Assembly: GCA_037379345.1 (NCBI GenBank)
Contig: CM074515.1
Coordinates: forward strand, 33,855,801-33,919,800
DNA length: 64,000 bases
Reading direction: 5' to 3'
Source of the DNA: Perna viridis
Taxonomy: Eukaryota
Below are positions 52,706 through 64,000 of this stretch, piece after piece. The position numbers and the translations under genes are program-made. The notes below the pieces were generated by a model, which was given only the letters and a program-made list of their open reading frames with translations, was not told where the DNA came from and did no database searches. Within the stretch, counting starts at the first letter, position 1; each line of letters begins with the position of its first letter.

Positions 52706-53193
52706 GTTTGTTTGTTTGTTGGGGTTTAACATCCGAGCAGCAATGTTTCAGCTATATGCAGACAATGAACATGAAATGATAAAAAAAAAAGGATGGGTCA
52801 CAAGGACAACAGGGTTGACAAATTTTGATTGCCACTAGAAAAAGGGCGGATGGGTAAGGTCGGGCAATTTAGCCTCCTGTGGCGGAGCGCAAAGGTTCCT
52901 ACTCCTATCGAATACCACAGCAGGGTTCTTTAACGTGCGAGGAACGTGGCATCTTTCCCAACACGGTGCACCACTATGGTTTGCGGTCAGGTTTTCCGTA
53001 TTATAGCCTGACAACCCCAGCAAGTAACATGCCAGGGGTACCCCATTCCACCACCTGGGGCACACATCCCAGTTGCTCTGTGGGCAGAGCGCCTAGCCCC
53101 CGGCTAGGTTTCTGAGCACTATTTAGTCGCCTTTTACGACAAGCTTAGCGCTGCTGCAGGCCTATTTTTTTGACACCCGGACCTGCACAGGGC
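52706..53193 (-). mobile_element. Non-autonomous retroposon (SINE-like) with structured 5' head and (CAAA)n tail
   Basis: 13-bp TSD tacagt(t/g)agtaat at 52693-52705 and 53194-53206; GC-rich body; 3' end TAGCTGAAACATTGCTG...GTTAAACCCCAACAAACAAACAAAC. Confidence 0.85.
53115..53193 (-). ncRNA. Candidate pseudoknotted RNA motif (ribozyme-like) at the retroposon 5' end
   Basis: GCCC/GGGU stem whose loop UGCAGGUC pairs with downstream GGCCUGCA; AGCGCUA/UAGUGCU stem enclosing a GUCG-UAAAAGG-CGAC hairpin and CUAAA. Confidence 0.55.
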
Positions 53194-54397
53194 TACAGTG
53201 AGTAATTCAGTTAACTTCATGAAATTGAGTTGGTCTTACCTTAATAAAATTGCAATTACTTGGAGATTTCCCTTAGGTAGTTAACTGGACAATTGACAAA
53301 GTGCTTTAAACTTTCTATCATTTCATAGGAATTTTGATTTATGCTTGATAGAAAGTTTATATTCCCTTGTCAATTATTCATCTACAGTGAAAGCAATTAT
53401 GACGTTCAGTCGTTCCTTGTTTGCAAGTCCTGATGAGCTTCCTTAAGTAGTTAAATAAGAATTATAAAAGGAGACTTCAACTTTCTATCATATTCTGTAG
53501 ATATTTATATCTCTGTCTGAGTTAAATTTTCTGGATACGGCGCTTGTTCTTAGTAAGCCATTACAGTGCGTAACTTCAAACATTTTAGAAAACATATTTT
53601 GTTTTTAATTTTATAGCAAATCTCAAATAATCAGAAAAATTATGGAATATATCAATCAATCACATATTCCATATTTCTTAAAATAGTGGCACAACTTCCT
53701 TTTATATATGGCAAATAACTTAAGCTCGGATGATTCTATCTTCCATTCTGTCTCCAAACTTATTCTATAAGTATATAAAATTGTACATAATGCTCCATCT
53801 GGTAATGTTTGGAGAGGACATGCATAGGCAGAGCCTGTAATCCAGTCCCTTTGTTTATTCAAAAAAATACTTGAAATTAAAAAGAGATTATTATTGCAAT
53901 TATGTGTTTCCTTTCAAAAGTTTAAATTCTATTGTAAAAAAATCATACAAAAATTAAACATATGATAACTTGTAATCATTCTGTAGCAGTGTCTATTTAC
54001 TATTCATTGCTGTTTATAACACCACTCTGATGAATGGTGCTATAACACCAATTTTTATGAGTAAATTAGAGACATAAGCTTCAAAATTACCTATCAATTA
54101 ACGTCTTAAGAATGTGCTTGGGAGGTAGTTTGAAATAACACTGATTAATAATTGTGTATGACTAAGTACAAATAAGCCTGAAAAAAATGTGAAGAATTTG
54201 AAATAACACTAGAAAAAAACTCTAGTCTCTGAGCAATAATAAAAACAGTATACATAGGTGGGTTCTGAAATGAAGAATTTTAAATGATTGAAAATAGCTC
54301 ATGAATTCAACCACCAATATAATGAAATAGGAAATAGACAACTATTATTATTTTAATAATTTAATAATTAATTTTATGATATCAATAACAAAACTAA

Positions 54398-55150
54398 CAA
54401 ACAAGTACTATCTTTAAAAAAAAAGATAGCAGACACGGTAAAATTTTGTTCCTTTTACTTCAAACTTTCTTCATTTCTGTCAAGAAAATAACTCATATGG
54501 CACGTCATTTCAAATTTTGTATACAGTTTTTTCAAACGCCACTAAGGTATCAGTATTCGGCAAATCGTGAAACAGAATTGCGATCAGGTGATTTACATTT
54601 CCATAGAAGAGCTTCCTAAAGGTCTAAGGGTTTAAAAAGCGAAACTGTACTGACTACGTCGGAAAACCCCAAACATTGTTCTATCAGTAATGGTCAAAAT
54701 GGTTTAAGAAGAAATTCTATTGAATGGAGATACATATGTACTAAAAAATTCTGTCCATTTGAAAAATAAAAATCTTCATTGAGCACAGCTTCATACTACA
54801 GCTTCTTTTTGTTGTATGGCACCTAATGTCACAATTTCAAAAAGATCTATACTTTTACATTCATTTAATTGGACATTAAATGAGACAAAACAAGTACTAT
54901 CTTTAAAAAAAAGATAACGGACGCAGTAAAATTTTGTTCTTTTTTACTAATAATTTTCTACATTTCATTCATGAAAAAACACATGGCACACAATTTAAAA
55001 TTTGGTTCCAGTATATTTGAATGCCACTACTTTATCAGTACTTGGCCAATCGGAAAACAGAATTACTATCAGGTGACTTGCATTTCCATGGACGAGTGTC
55101 TTTAAGGTCAAAAGGTAAATAACGAAACTATACTGACTGTGTTGGAAAAA
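54398..55150. repeat. Diverged ~265-bp direct duplication (about 54398-54666 and 54887-55150)
   Basis: Both copies start aaacaagtactatctttaaaaaaaa and share colinear sequence to aaact.tactgact. Confidence 0.75.
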
Positions 55151-56607
55151 CAGCGCCAATGACAAAGACGATCAAAATAACAGCTTGATACCATTATAAG
55201 GCTGCAAATTTTTTGCTGATGTTCAAAAACAGGAAACATGAAAATTTTTGTCCTTCAAATAAAATACCAAATTAACTTATGCAACCTGAAAGTATTGTTC
55301 TGCCTGCACGGAAGTAAGCATGTAATTCATGGTTTTCCTGAATGACACACAGACATCCAGCATGCTTATAGCACCTTATGCCAATCAACACAGGAAACAT
55401 CACTTTAACTTTTGAGGTTTTATGATAAAACTGTGAAGTAAATCTTTACTTTAATTAGACTTCAGAATTTCAACAATTTACTTATTCACTACAGCACCTA
55501 TATACCTATCCTTGAAGAGATATGATGTAAAACATGGAGTGGAGTGTTGTATGAACAATCAAGTACCAGCATTTTAATATTGATGGAAAAATTACAATTT
55601 TTTACCCCATCCCCCCCCCCAAAAAAAAACAAAAAAAAACTCAAAACATAACATCCCCTAAAAATATAATTATTTTTATTAGGATTATGTTTTGAAATGC
55701 TAAATAATAACTCCATATTTAATTCCTGCCTCTGACTCCATACTAAGTTTTATGCTATGCTCCAAGGAATCCTATTCTGTTAAAGGACCAAATTCTATGA
55801 AGTTTAATACAATATACTGTCTAGAAAGGCTACCCTACCCATCCAGAACTGTCAGTAGTTTGTTCTTTGATAGACTTATCAATAGTGACACTTGTTTCAG
55901 ACATTCCCCAAAATACAGCAGCTCTTCCGCTGATTAAAATGCTTGATTATACAGCGTATACAACAGCCAAAGATTATCATCAGTGTGACAAGAACTTTTC
56001 CTGATAACTCTGAGGCAATAAAGTACAAATGTTTTCAAGAAAAAGAGTGAATGAATTTAAAATTTATGATTCAGCCACGTTGATTTAGCTAAGTACAAAA
56101 AGCTTTGATACATACAATATGCCAGTAAACAGTTTTTGAAAATTATGTCAACGACAATGGAGTCTCCATTAAAAAAACCAAAACTTTGAGAAATAAACCA
56201 GACAGCTCTGTTGGCAAATTACATTGCACTACCTCACAAGATGTCTTTTAAAAAAAAAAAAAAAGAGGAAGCCTTTTTATTCTGAAAAACCAGTTAACGT
56301 ACTGTCCTTTGTTAATATTAAAGTTGAGGTATTATCTGGGAAAAGTATTGCTGAAATATTACAGTGCAAGGAGTGATGATGTTCATGGAATAGAAATAGT
56401 AGGGGAAAAGTTCTGCTGAGGTATTACAGTGCAAACAATGATGATGTTCATGGAACAGAATTAGAACAATCACCTGATTATCTTCCCTTGGTAATAAACT
56501 GGACAACTGTTGATTTTAGTCAACTATTTCTTATTTCACATTCAATGGAAATAATTTAAGCTTTATAATATGCACATTACACTGTTCATATATGATGATA
56601 TTTAATT

Positions 56608-56893
56608 GAATAATATAGGGTTATTGCATGAATACTCGGGAATATTATCCCAAGTACAATTTTATATTGCACAAGTTAATGAATGCAATGAACATTCTAC
56701 ATGGGATAATATTCCCCAGTATTCATGCAATGACTCTTTTATTATATGGCAATATAATTAAGTATTGTTTAAAATGACCTATTATCAGGGATAATGTCAC
56801 AAATTTTAACTGTATTTGCACTAGTACAATACGGAAATTTATCGTACGTTGACGTTGCATTGCTTTCTATGAGGAAATTATATTACTATAAAT
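56608..56893. mobile_element. Non-autonomous element with a long internal palindrome
   Basis: ttattgcatgaatactcgggaatattatccc...gggataatattccccagtattcatgcaatga inverted arms. Confidence 0.55.
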
Positions 56894-57765
56894 AAATCTA
56901 TTTATAAATAATGAGGAGATTTATACTTCTATCAATTCAATAGATATTGATAGAAAGTTTAAGTCTCAATCTCAATTATCCAGTCAACTGTTCAAATTGT
57001 AGTTTCTTGACTAATAAGCTTCATAGAGAGAAACAGAAGACACATTAATGGTGCACATGCTTGTCTATCTTCTAGTCTTCTTTTTAAATTGCTGGTGTTC
57101 CTGGCATTGGAGGCTGCCATTATTGTTTAATACGATAAATTCTGGTACCAGTGATGGAAAAGGCGGGAATTTCCGGAATGATAAAATGAGGGTCAGTCCA
57201 GTGACCGTAACACACATGTTTTTTTGGCCTTGTATGAGCTATAAAGCTCACTGTGAAATTCCAGTATGTAACTATCAATACATATTAGAGGAACAATAAT
57301 CATTCTGCTGTAATTACAGTGCATACAATGATTATGGTAGGTTTTCCTAGATAAAATTACCAGATGAACTTAGTTTTGTAGTTGACTGGACAATTGCAAA
57401 GGAGGTTTTACCTTTTTTTTCAATATGTATTGAATTATTTGATAGAAAATTATATCTCAATCTCATTTATCTAGTCAACTACATATGGAAGCTTATTTAA
57501 TCAATATCCTGTGAACATCATGATTGAATGTGCTGTAACAAATCTAGGTACAAGTCACTTAACCAGAGATGATTTCACGAGGTCAACAAAGCTGAAATTG
57601 GCAAGATTGGTAGTAAATATACAGTAACAGTAAAATCCAAATTTGATATAGCAGAAATCCGCTAAAAAACAGAAGAAAGTTATCCCTGCTTAACTTATCC
57701 TACCTGAAGACTGGTAGTTACACCATTAAATTGATGACAGTGACTGTCATACAAACAACAATTGT

Positions 57766-58141
57766 GCAGTTAGTACAATGTACTGTACCAATCTAACCAC
57801 AGACAATATCAGTACACTCAGAATGTAGTTGGTACAACATACTGTAAAGGACTGTATACTGTACCAATCTAATGACAGTCCATATCAGTACAAACTGGAC
57901 GAAGTTGGTACAACATACTGTAAATGACTGTACACTGTACCAATCTAATGACAGTCCACATCAGTACAAACAGGAGACAGTTGGTACAACATACTGTAAA
58001 GGACTGTACACTGTACCAATCTAATGACAGTCCATATCAGTACAAACAGGAGACAGTTGGTACAACATACTGTAAAGGACTGTACACTGTACCAATCTAA
58101 TGACAGTCCATATCAGTACAAAGAGAAGGCAGCTGGTACAA
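57766..58141. repeat. 76-bp minisatellite, about 5 copies
   Basis: Unit cagtacaaacaggagacagttggtacaacatactgtaaaggactgtacactgtaccaatctaatgacagtccatat. Confidence 0.9.
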
Positions 58142-61100
58142 GAAAAATACATAGAACATCAAATAACACCTACAGATTCAGAAGTATTGTAATCAAAGGG
58201 GATGGCTGTGTTTTAACTGCTTGAGAGCTCTGCACTTAGCCAAGGCCACACTAAATCATTCAGACAAGTAATTAGTACATCACAAATTTACAAAATACTC
58301 TCGTGAGTACACTATGGAGTATGCTTTTGTTATCATGCTCATTGAACCACCTACAGCAAGTTGGATCTTTCATGACAGTACCCAGTAGAGAGATAAGGAA
58401 AGCGGTTAATTGGTCTTACAAACGCCTTTTTGTGGTTGCAACAATGATTGCATGGAGGCATTGAGTTTGAGCACCAAATTCGTCTAAAGCATCTTTGAAG
58501 AAATAATTCTTATACCCACAAACATGCATAGATGCTTTCTGTGAGTACTTTATCTTGTCACTCAACAAAATAATATCAATTTATAAACAGGATAATAAAA
58601 GCTACAAACAACTCCTTTCACCACACATACTGAATCATAAGTAATTGAGCTGATAAAAAGTAAAAAGAAGCAAAATGTCAGTTAATCAAAAAATTGAGCA
58701 ACACGATCTCATTATGATCTCATTATGCTACCTACAATAAAAATTGTTTAATGCCAAACTATGCTAGTTAACTTCTTATCATTACACAATACTTGACCAC
58801 AAATTAGTCTATTATTCGGAATACCCTGTAAATTGCTGTATGTTAACTCACTCCTAAATTTCTGTGTTCATTCAGTGTTTTTACTTCCAAAGAAAATGTT
58901 CTATATCAACATTTCGTAATATTTGACCACAAATACATAATTATTCTAAAACCAAGTAGGTGCTAATTGCTGTATGATAACTTTAACTAAATCCAGGATT
59001 TTACTCATCACTAAGTTATTTTTTTCTCCAAAAAAAAAAAAAAAATATCAGCTATGATACTTTGAATTTTCATTTTGGAATTCAGTCAAGGAAATTAGAA
59101 CCGCAAATTTTGTTGGAATGCGGTCAATGAAATTAGAGCCAAAAATTATAACCTATCTGCCACGTTTCAATCTACATATTTTAATTATGTTTTTTTCCCA
59201 ACTTTAACTGTTAGTGACTTTACTAAACACTAAACCTATAAAACCCTGAATCTTGATTATCTCCCTTTGGTAAAAATTGTCCTTCCTTTACATCTGTTTG
59301 ATTGGTCAATCATTCTCATTCTGAGATGCACAAAATATTTGCCATGAGACATTAAACAATAACCAATCAATAAATCAATACTTGACATCTAGATATAGAG
59401 GCAAGTTTCAGGAAATCCAATGAAAAGACAGACAGAAAGACAGAAAATGAACTGAATAGTTTCCTTTTTTGCAGGAGGGAAATGGTTGAGGATTATAATT
59501 ACAACATTAAAGAACTAATTTGAAGTCATTTACAGGGGTAAAATAGTTAACTTCAGGAAATAGAGTTGGTCTTACCTGGATTAAATGACAATCCATAGGT
59601 AGTAGTTACCTGGATAACTGTCAAGGAGATTTAAACTATCTATCAAACTTTTAATTGAAGTACCTAGGAAATGGTTTGAATCAAGTAATCAATCAAGGGA
59701 AGACAAACTATAATCCCTGAAGATAACTACAATATGATGCAGGTGTAATTTTGAGGATGAAGTTTATTATATAATTATTTTAAAAAAATAGTAATGCTTT
59801 TTACAATTTTTCATTAACTTGGATTTATCTTTCTTCATAATTTAACAAAACTTTGAGACATGACCTACAGATAAGATACAAAATCAGTAATTATCTTTAC
59901 TGGGTATAAAAATCTTACTTCCTGTCAAACTGAAATCGAGCTCTCAGTGCTTCTAAGGTCAAAGGCTAAATATCTTATTGACTACCATTATGAGGACTTT
60001 ATCCTCTATTACTTGCTGTAAAATGAATCGATAGAATGAATTAGGAGCTACATACATGCCTGTTGAATGGCATAACCGTGACTATGTGGAAAATGTCAAT
60101 CAAAATATGAACCACTTGAGGAAATAACCACATCTTGAATACATTTTTTTACAACAAATTGCACCAAAGTATGCTGTTAATATCTCTGAGGAGTGGGCAA
60201 TATTTGACAATGAAATTCTTAATTACACATATACTACTAGTTCGTGTCAATTGTGTGATATTTTAAAACTCAGAACAAGTGATGTACTTCACCAACCCAC
60301 ACCCCAAAAAAAAAAAACAAAAAAAAACAAAAAACACTAGTATGAAAGAAAATTTATCATTTTCGTTTTGGTTGTTAGCATATTTTCTTAATGAAATTTT
60401 TGCCCGTTGAGCTTATCATGAATAACTACAATAAACACCATTTATTGCCTAATCGTGTCTTTGCTAATAATACAAAAACATTTAGTCACTTACTCCACAG
60501 TCATTCATGATCATGTAAAAGCAATAACTGTAAATTTCAGGCATTGCACTAAGCTTTTTTAAGAAATGGAACATCTGACCCACAATATTGGAATTAAACC
60601 TGTCAGATACTCAAATTATGAGCCTCATAGGCTAGGTTTGTCCCCTTGTATACATATTTTAATGCTAAATTGTGGGAATGAATTGTTGTTCATTTTCAGA
60701 AAACTGAACGAAGACATATGTCTTTGACTACAAAATCCTTAAATGTGTGCAAACAATTAGTCATTGTAAATAGCTTATTATCTTTATTTTTCGTAGGCAG
60801 TGCTCAATCAGCATTCCTCAAATGAACATCAGCGATCTTCACAAAAAAAAGTCAAATTGAAGGATTTGGGAACAACAAAAAATAACTACATGTATTTTAT
60901 ATCTTCTGCTAGAACTCACAGAATTACAAAGCTTATGCATAAACCATTTTCTTCTCGGGGGAGATGGGTGCCTGTGGTTTCATGTTGAGTAAATGTGTGA
61001 AAATAACTGAAATAGAATTTTTAAAATTTCAGCAGTGGCTGGAGTTAAAAACTTTTTATTTGAAAATCTATAATGTAAAGTAATGGGGGAAACAGTAAAT

Positions 61101-61576
61101 CATCCTTTTATTCTGTCTATGGCAGAGTGAAAAATTAGTTAGCTTAAATTTGAAAAAATCCCTAAGTATAAAAATGAGATTGCTTGGTACATTTTCATTG
61201 CAGTCCATATAAAATAAAGAAAAATGCAACCTTAATGGAATAACCCATTGCCTGATGAAATGTCTTACATAGTTAAGGGGGTACCTAACACCTCTAAAAT
61301 TTATTTGGCTGGTTCAAATTTCTTGAAATTTTATTCAGTGTTTTACTTTGATGAAAGAAACAAAATATATAGATTTCAAGAAATTTTAATCACATGTTTC
61401 ATGGGAATAATTTCAATGAACATTATAATTGTAGCATCGTCAACAAAACATCTGATAACTAAGTTGCTTTAAGTTTGATATCCAATGTCACAAAATAAAA
61501 AAAAAAACTGCTGATTTCTACATATGTATTTCCATTAGGTTTTGTGGACCCCCTTATCTGGGCAATCTTAAACTTT

Positions 61577-62511
61577 CTACTGGACACAGATTTAGTTACC
61601 TGTGTCAGATTGAAAGTTTAAATCTCTTTGTTAATTGATTGTCCTGTTAACTATCTACTGGACACAGATTTAGTTACTTGTGTCAGATTGAAAGTTTAAA
61701 TCTCTTTGTTAATTGATTGTCCTGTTAACTATCTACTGGACACAGATTTAGTTACCTGTGTCAGATTGAAAGTTTAAATCTCTATGTTAATTGATTGTCC
61801 TGTTAACTATCTACTGGACACAGATTTAGTTACCTGTGTCAGATTGAAAGTTTAAATTTCTTTGTTAATTGATTGTCCTGTTAACTATCTACTGGACACA
61901 GATTTAGTTACCTGTGTCAGATTGAAAGTTTAAATCTCTATGTTAATTGATTGTCCTGTTAACTATCTACTGGACACAGATTTAGTTACCTGTGTCAGAT
62001 TAAAAGTTTAAATCTCTTTGTTAATTGATTGTCCTGTTAACTATCTACTGGACACAGATTTAATTACTTGTGTCAGATTGAAAGTTTAAATCTCTTTGTT
62101 AATTGATTGTCCTGTTAACTATCTACTGGACACAGATTTAGGTACCTGTGTCAGATTGAAAGTTTAAATCTCTATGTTAATTGATTGTCCTGTTAACTAT
62201 CTACTGGACACAGATTTAGTTACCTGTGTCCGATTGAAAGTTTAAATCTCTTTGTTAATTGATTGTCCTGTTAACTATCTACTGGACACAGATTTAGTTA
62301 CCTGTGTCAGATTGAAAGTTTAAATCTCTATGTTAATTGATTGTCCTGTTAACTATCTACTGGACACAGATTTAGTTACCTGTGTCAGATTAAAAGTTTA
62401 AATCTCTTTGTTAATTGATTGTCCTGTTAACTATCTACTGGACACAGATTTAGTTACCTGTGTCAGATTGAAAGTTTAAATCTCTTTGTTAATTGATTGT
62501 CCTGTTAACTA
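61577..62511. repeat. 78-bp minisatellite, 12 near-identical copies, inside a family-P MITE
   Basis: Unit ctactggacacagatttagttacctgtgtcagattgaaagtttaaatctctttgttaattgattgtcctgttaactat. Confidence 0.95.
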
Positions 62512-64000
62512 CCTGAGGAAGTTCATCAGAAAATGATCATTCAATAGAGGGAAGACCAACTCAATTTCCTGAAGTCAACTGTTTAACTCGCTTTCAGAAA
62601 CCCATGTTAAAATGGGTAAATTTTGAGAACATCTGTGTAGGTGTCCAAAGCAATTAGTGCAAGCTACATTTTGTAGTCTCATTGTCAAATATTCCTAATT
62701 GAAGTAACATATGGAAGTTTGGAACAAATGAAATTGCAGTTAGGTTTATCAGATTGTTTAACCAGTATTCATTGAACTTAATTCAAGGTTTCCAGACAGG
62801 GGATAAGAGGAAAAGGCCCATGAGGCATTGACACTAGCAGCAATGTTAAAAAAAGACAAAAAGAAAGCACCTAGCCAGACAAATTAGCATTTGTCATTCT
62901 GCAAAATATATTCATTGCCAACACATATCTCAATGAAACCTCCTACACAATATAAGGCACAGCTAAATTAATCCAATGGGAACTTTCATAAGTCAACCTT
63001 AATGATTATAAGGGCACATCTAAATTAATCCAATGGGAACTTTCAAAAGTCAACCTTAACAATGTACAAATACAACCTGGTATTCGAAAACAAGAGGCCC
63101 TAAATGGCAAGCATTGCTCACTTGGCAAGACTAAAAACATGGAACTTTTTACACATTAAGTTTCAAAGGGATTTTTGTTGCACAACCATACCCATCAGAA
63201 TCCTAGAGGACAAGGTTGTTATATATACAAATAAAAATGCAGTAAATTTGCAGGAAAAAAAAACAGTGTTAAAACTGTCTTAAAAAGAACTTCTCTCGAA
63301 CACAAAAAATGGCTTGGTTTAGACAGGTTTTGGTTTTACTAAGGTATATAAGTTATGAAAAAGTGTCTGTTTTAAATTTTCAAGTTTTGGTTTTTTATAG
63401 GATTTTGAATTTTCAGGGTTTGTTTTAGACAGATTTTTGAATATTTCATTGTTTACATTAAACAGGTTTTACAGTTTTGTGGTTTTGATTCAGACAGTTT
63501 TACTGTGGTGAGCAACAGTCAATTACAATCAAAGAAAAGGCACTGAATCTAAAGAGACAGACAGACAGACGGATTCCTAAGTACACCCTGTGAGGGGAGT
63601 AATAAATGGTTCTCACAACACCAGGTGAGCCAAATTATACTACAATATTCAAGACCACCTACACAGCACTAGTCCACATTTAATGAAATTGCAAAAAAAA
63701 AATTGCAAGAATCAGACACTATATCTCCAGTGTTTGGCATAAAAGATTATTTTCCGTATATTCTTGTGACATTTACTTGCAGTCAATTGGCATTCTCATT
63801 TATTAATTTGTCTTCTCATCACAAGTTATATTTATAAAGTAAAACCTGCCTAAACAAAACCCAGATTAAACCAAAACTTGTCAAAACCACAAATTTTTAA
63901 GTCTCTTAATGAAGTCCCATTATCTTGATTTAAACATATTTTGAATCTTGGTAAACCAAACACCTGTTTAAACTGAACAAACTCCAACCTCCGATAACCA

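Noticed and set aside
52835-53115. Short ORFs on both strands of the GC-rich island
   Set aside because: They fall inside the non-coding retroposon; openness is explained by GC content and there is no recognisable domain.
53428-53445. CTGATGA motifs here and elsewhere as hammerhead ribozyme cores
   Set aside because: Most belong to the arms of the palindromic MITE, and none has a paired stem II with a correctly placed GAAA.
55900-56001. Possible upstream TMX3 exon on minus (cAG GKVLVTLMIIFG...)
   Set aside because: Only a superficial likeness to GKLVALAV; no convincing phase-2 donor, and the frame runs into a stop.
1167-61472. The remaining 60-137 aa ORFs in the six-frame track
   Set aside because: Composition typical of translated AT-rich intronic or repeat DNA, no domains, and many overlap MITEs.
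61577-62511. CRISPR-like array
   Set aside because: Units are head-to-tail and nearly identical with no unique spacers; eukaryotic context. The same applies to the other tandem arrays.

Overview
AT-rich, intron-rich metazoan DNA; the repeat families suggest a bivalve mollusc (inference). Two genes lie tail-to-tail. (+) The 3' half of a CARMIL/LRRC16 gene: 14 in-phase GT-AG coding exons from 98 to the stop at 30714, encoding the helical dimerisation region, CPI and CSI capping-protein motifs and a Pro/Lys-rich tail. It also carries an unexpected symmetric Ig-domain exon and two candidate in-frame microexons. (-) The last five coding exons of a TMX3-like thioredoxin-related transmembrane protein (46384 down to 42008); I found no further upstream exon in the window. 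The introns are packed with non-autonomous elements: about 10 TTAA-flanked Kolobok-type MITEs, other TTAA, TA, TWA and 5-bp-TSD MITE families, SINEs, a Penelope-like fragment, a foldback element and several minisatellites, one of which arose inside a MITE. The most striking element is a 488-bp TSD-flanked retroposon at 52706-53193 (-). It has no tRNA head and starts at its first nucleotide with a compact pseudoknotted RNA motif followed by a run of hairpins, a candidate ribozyme-like 5' module. All calls are by eye; no database searches were run.
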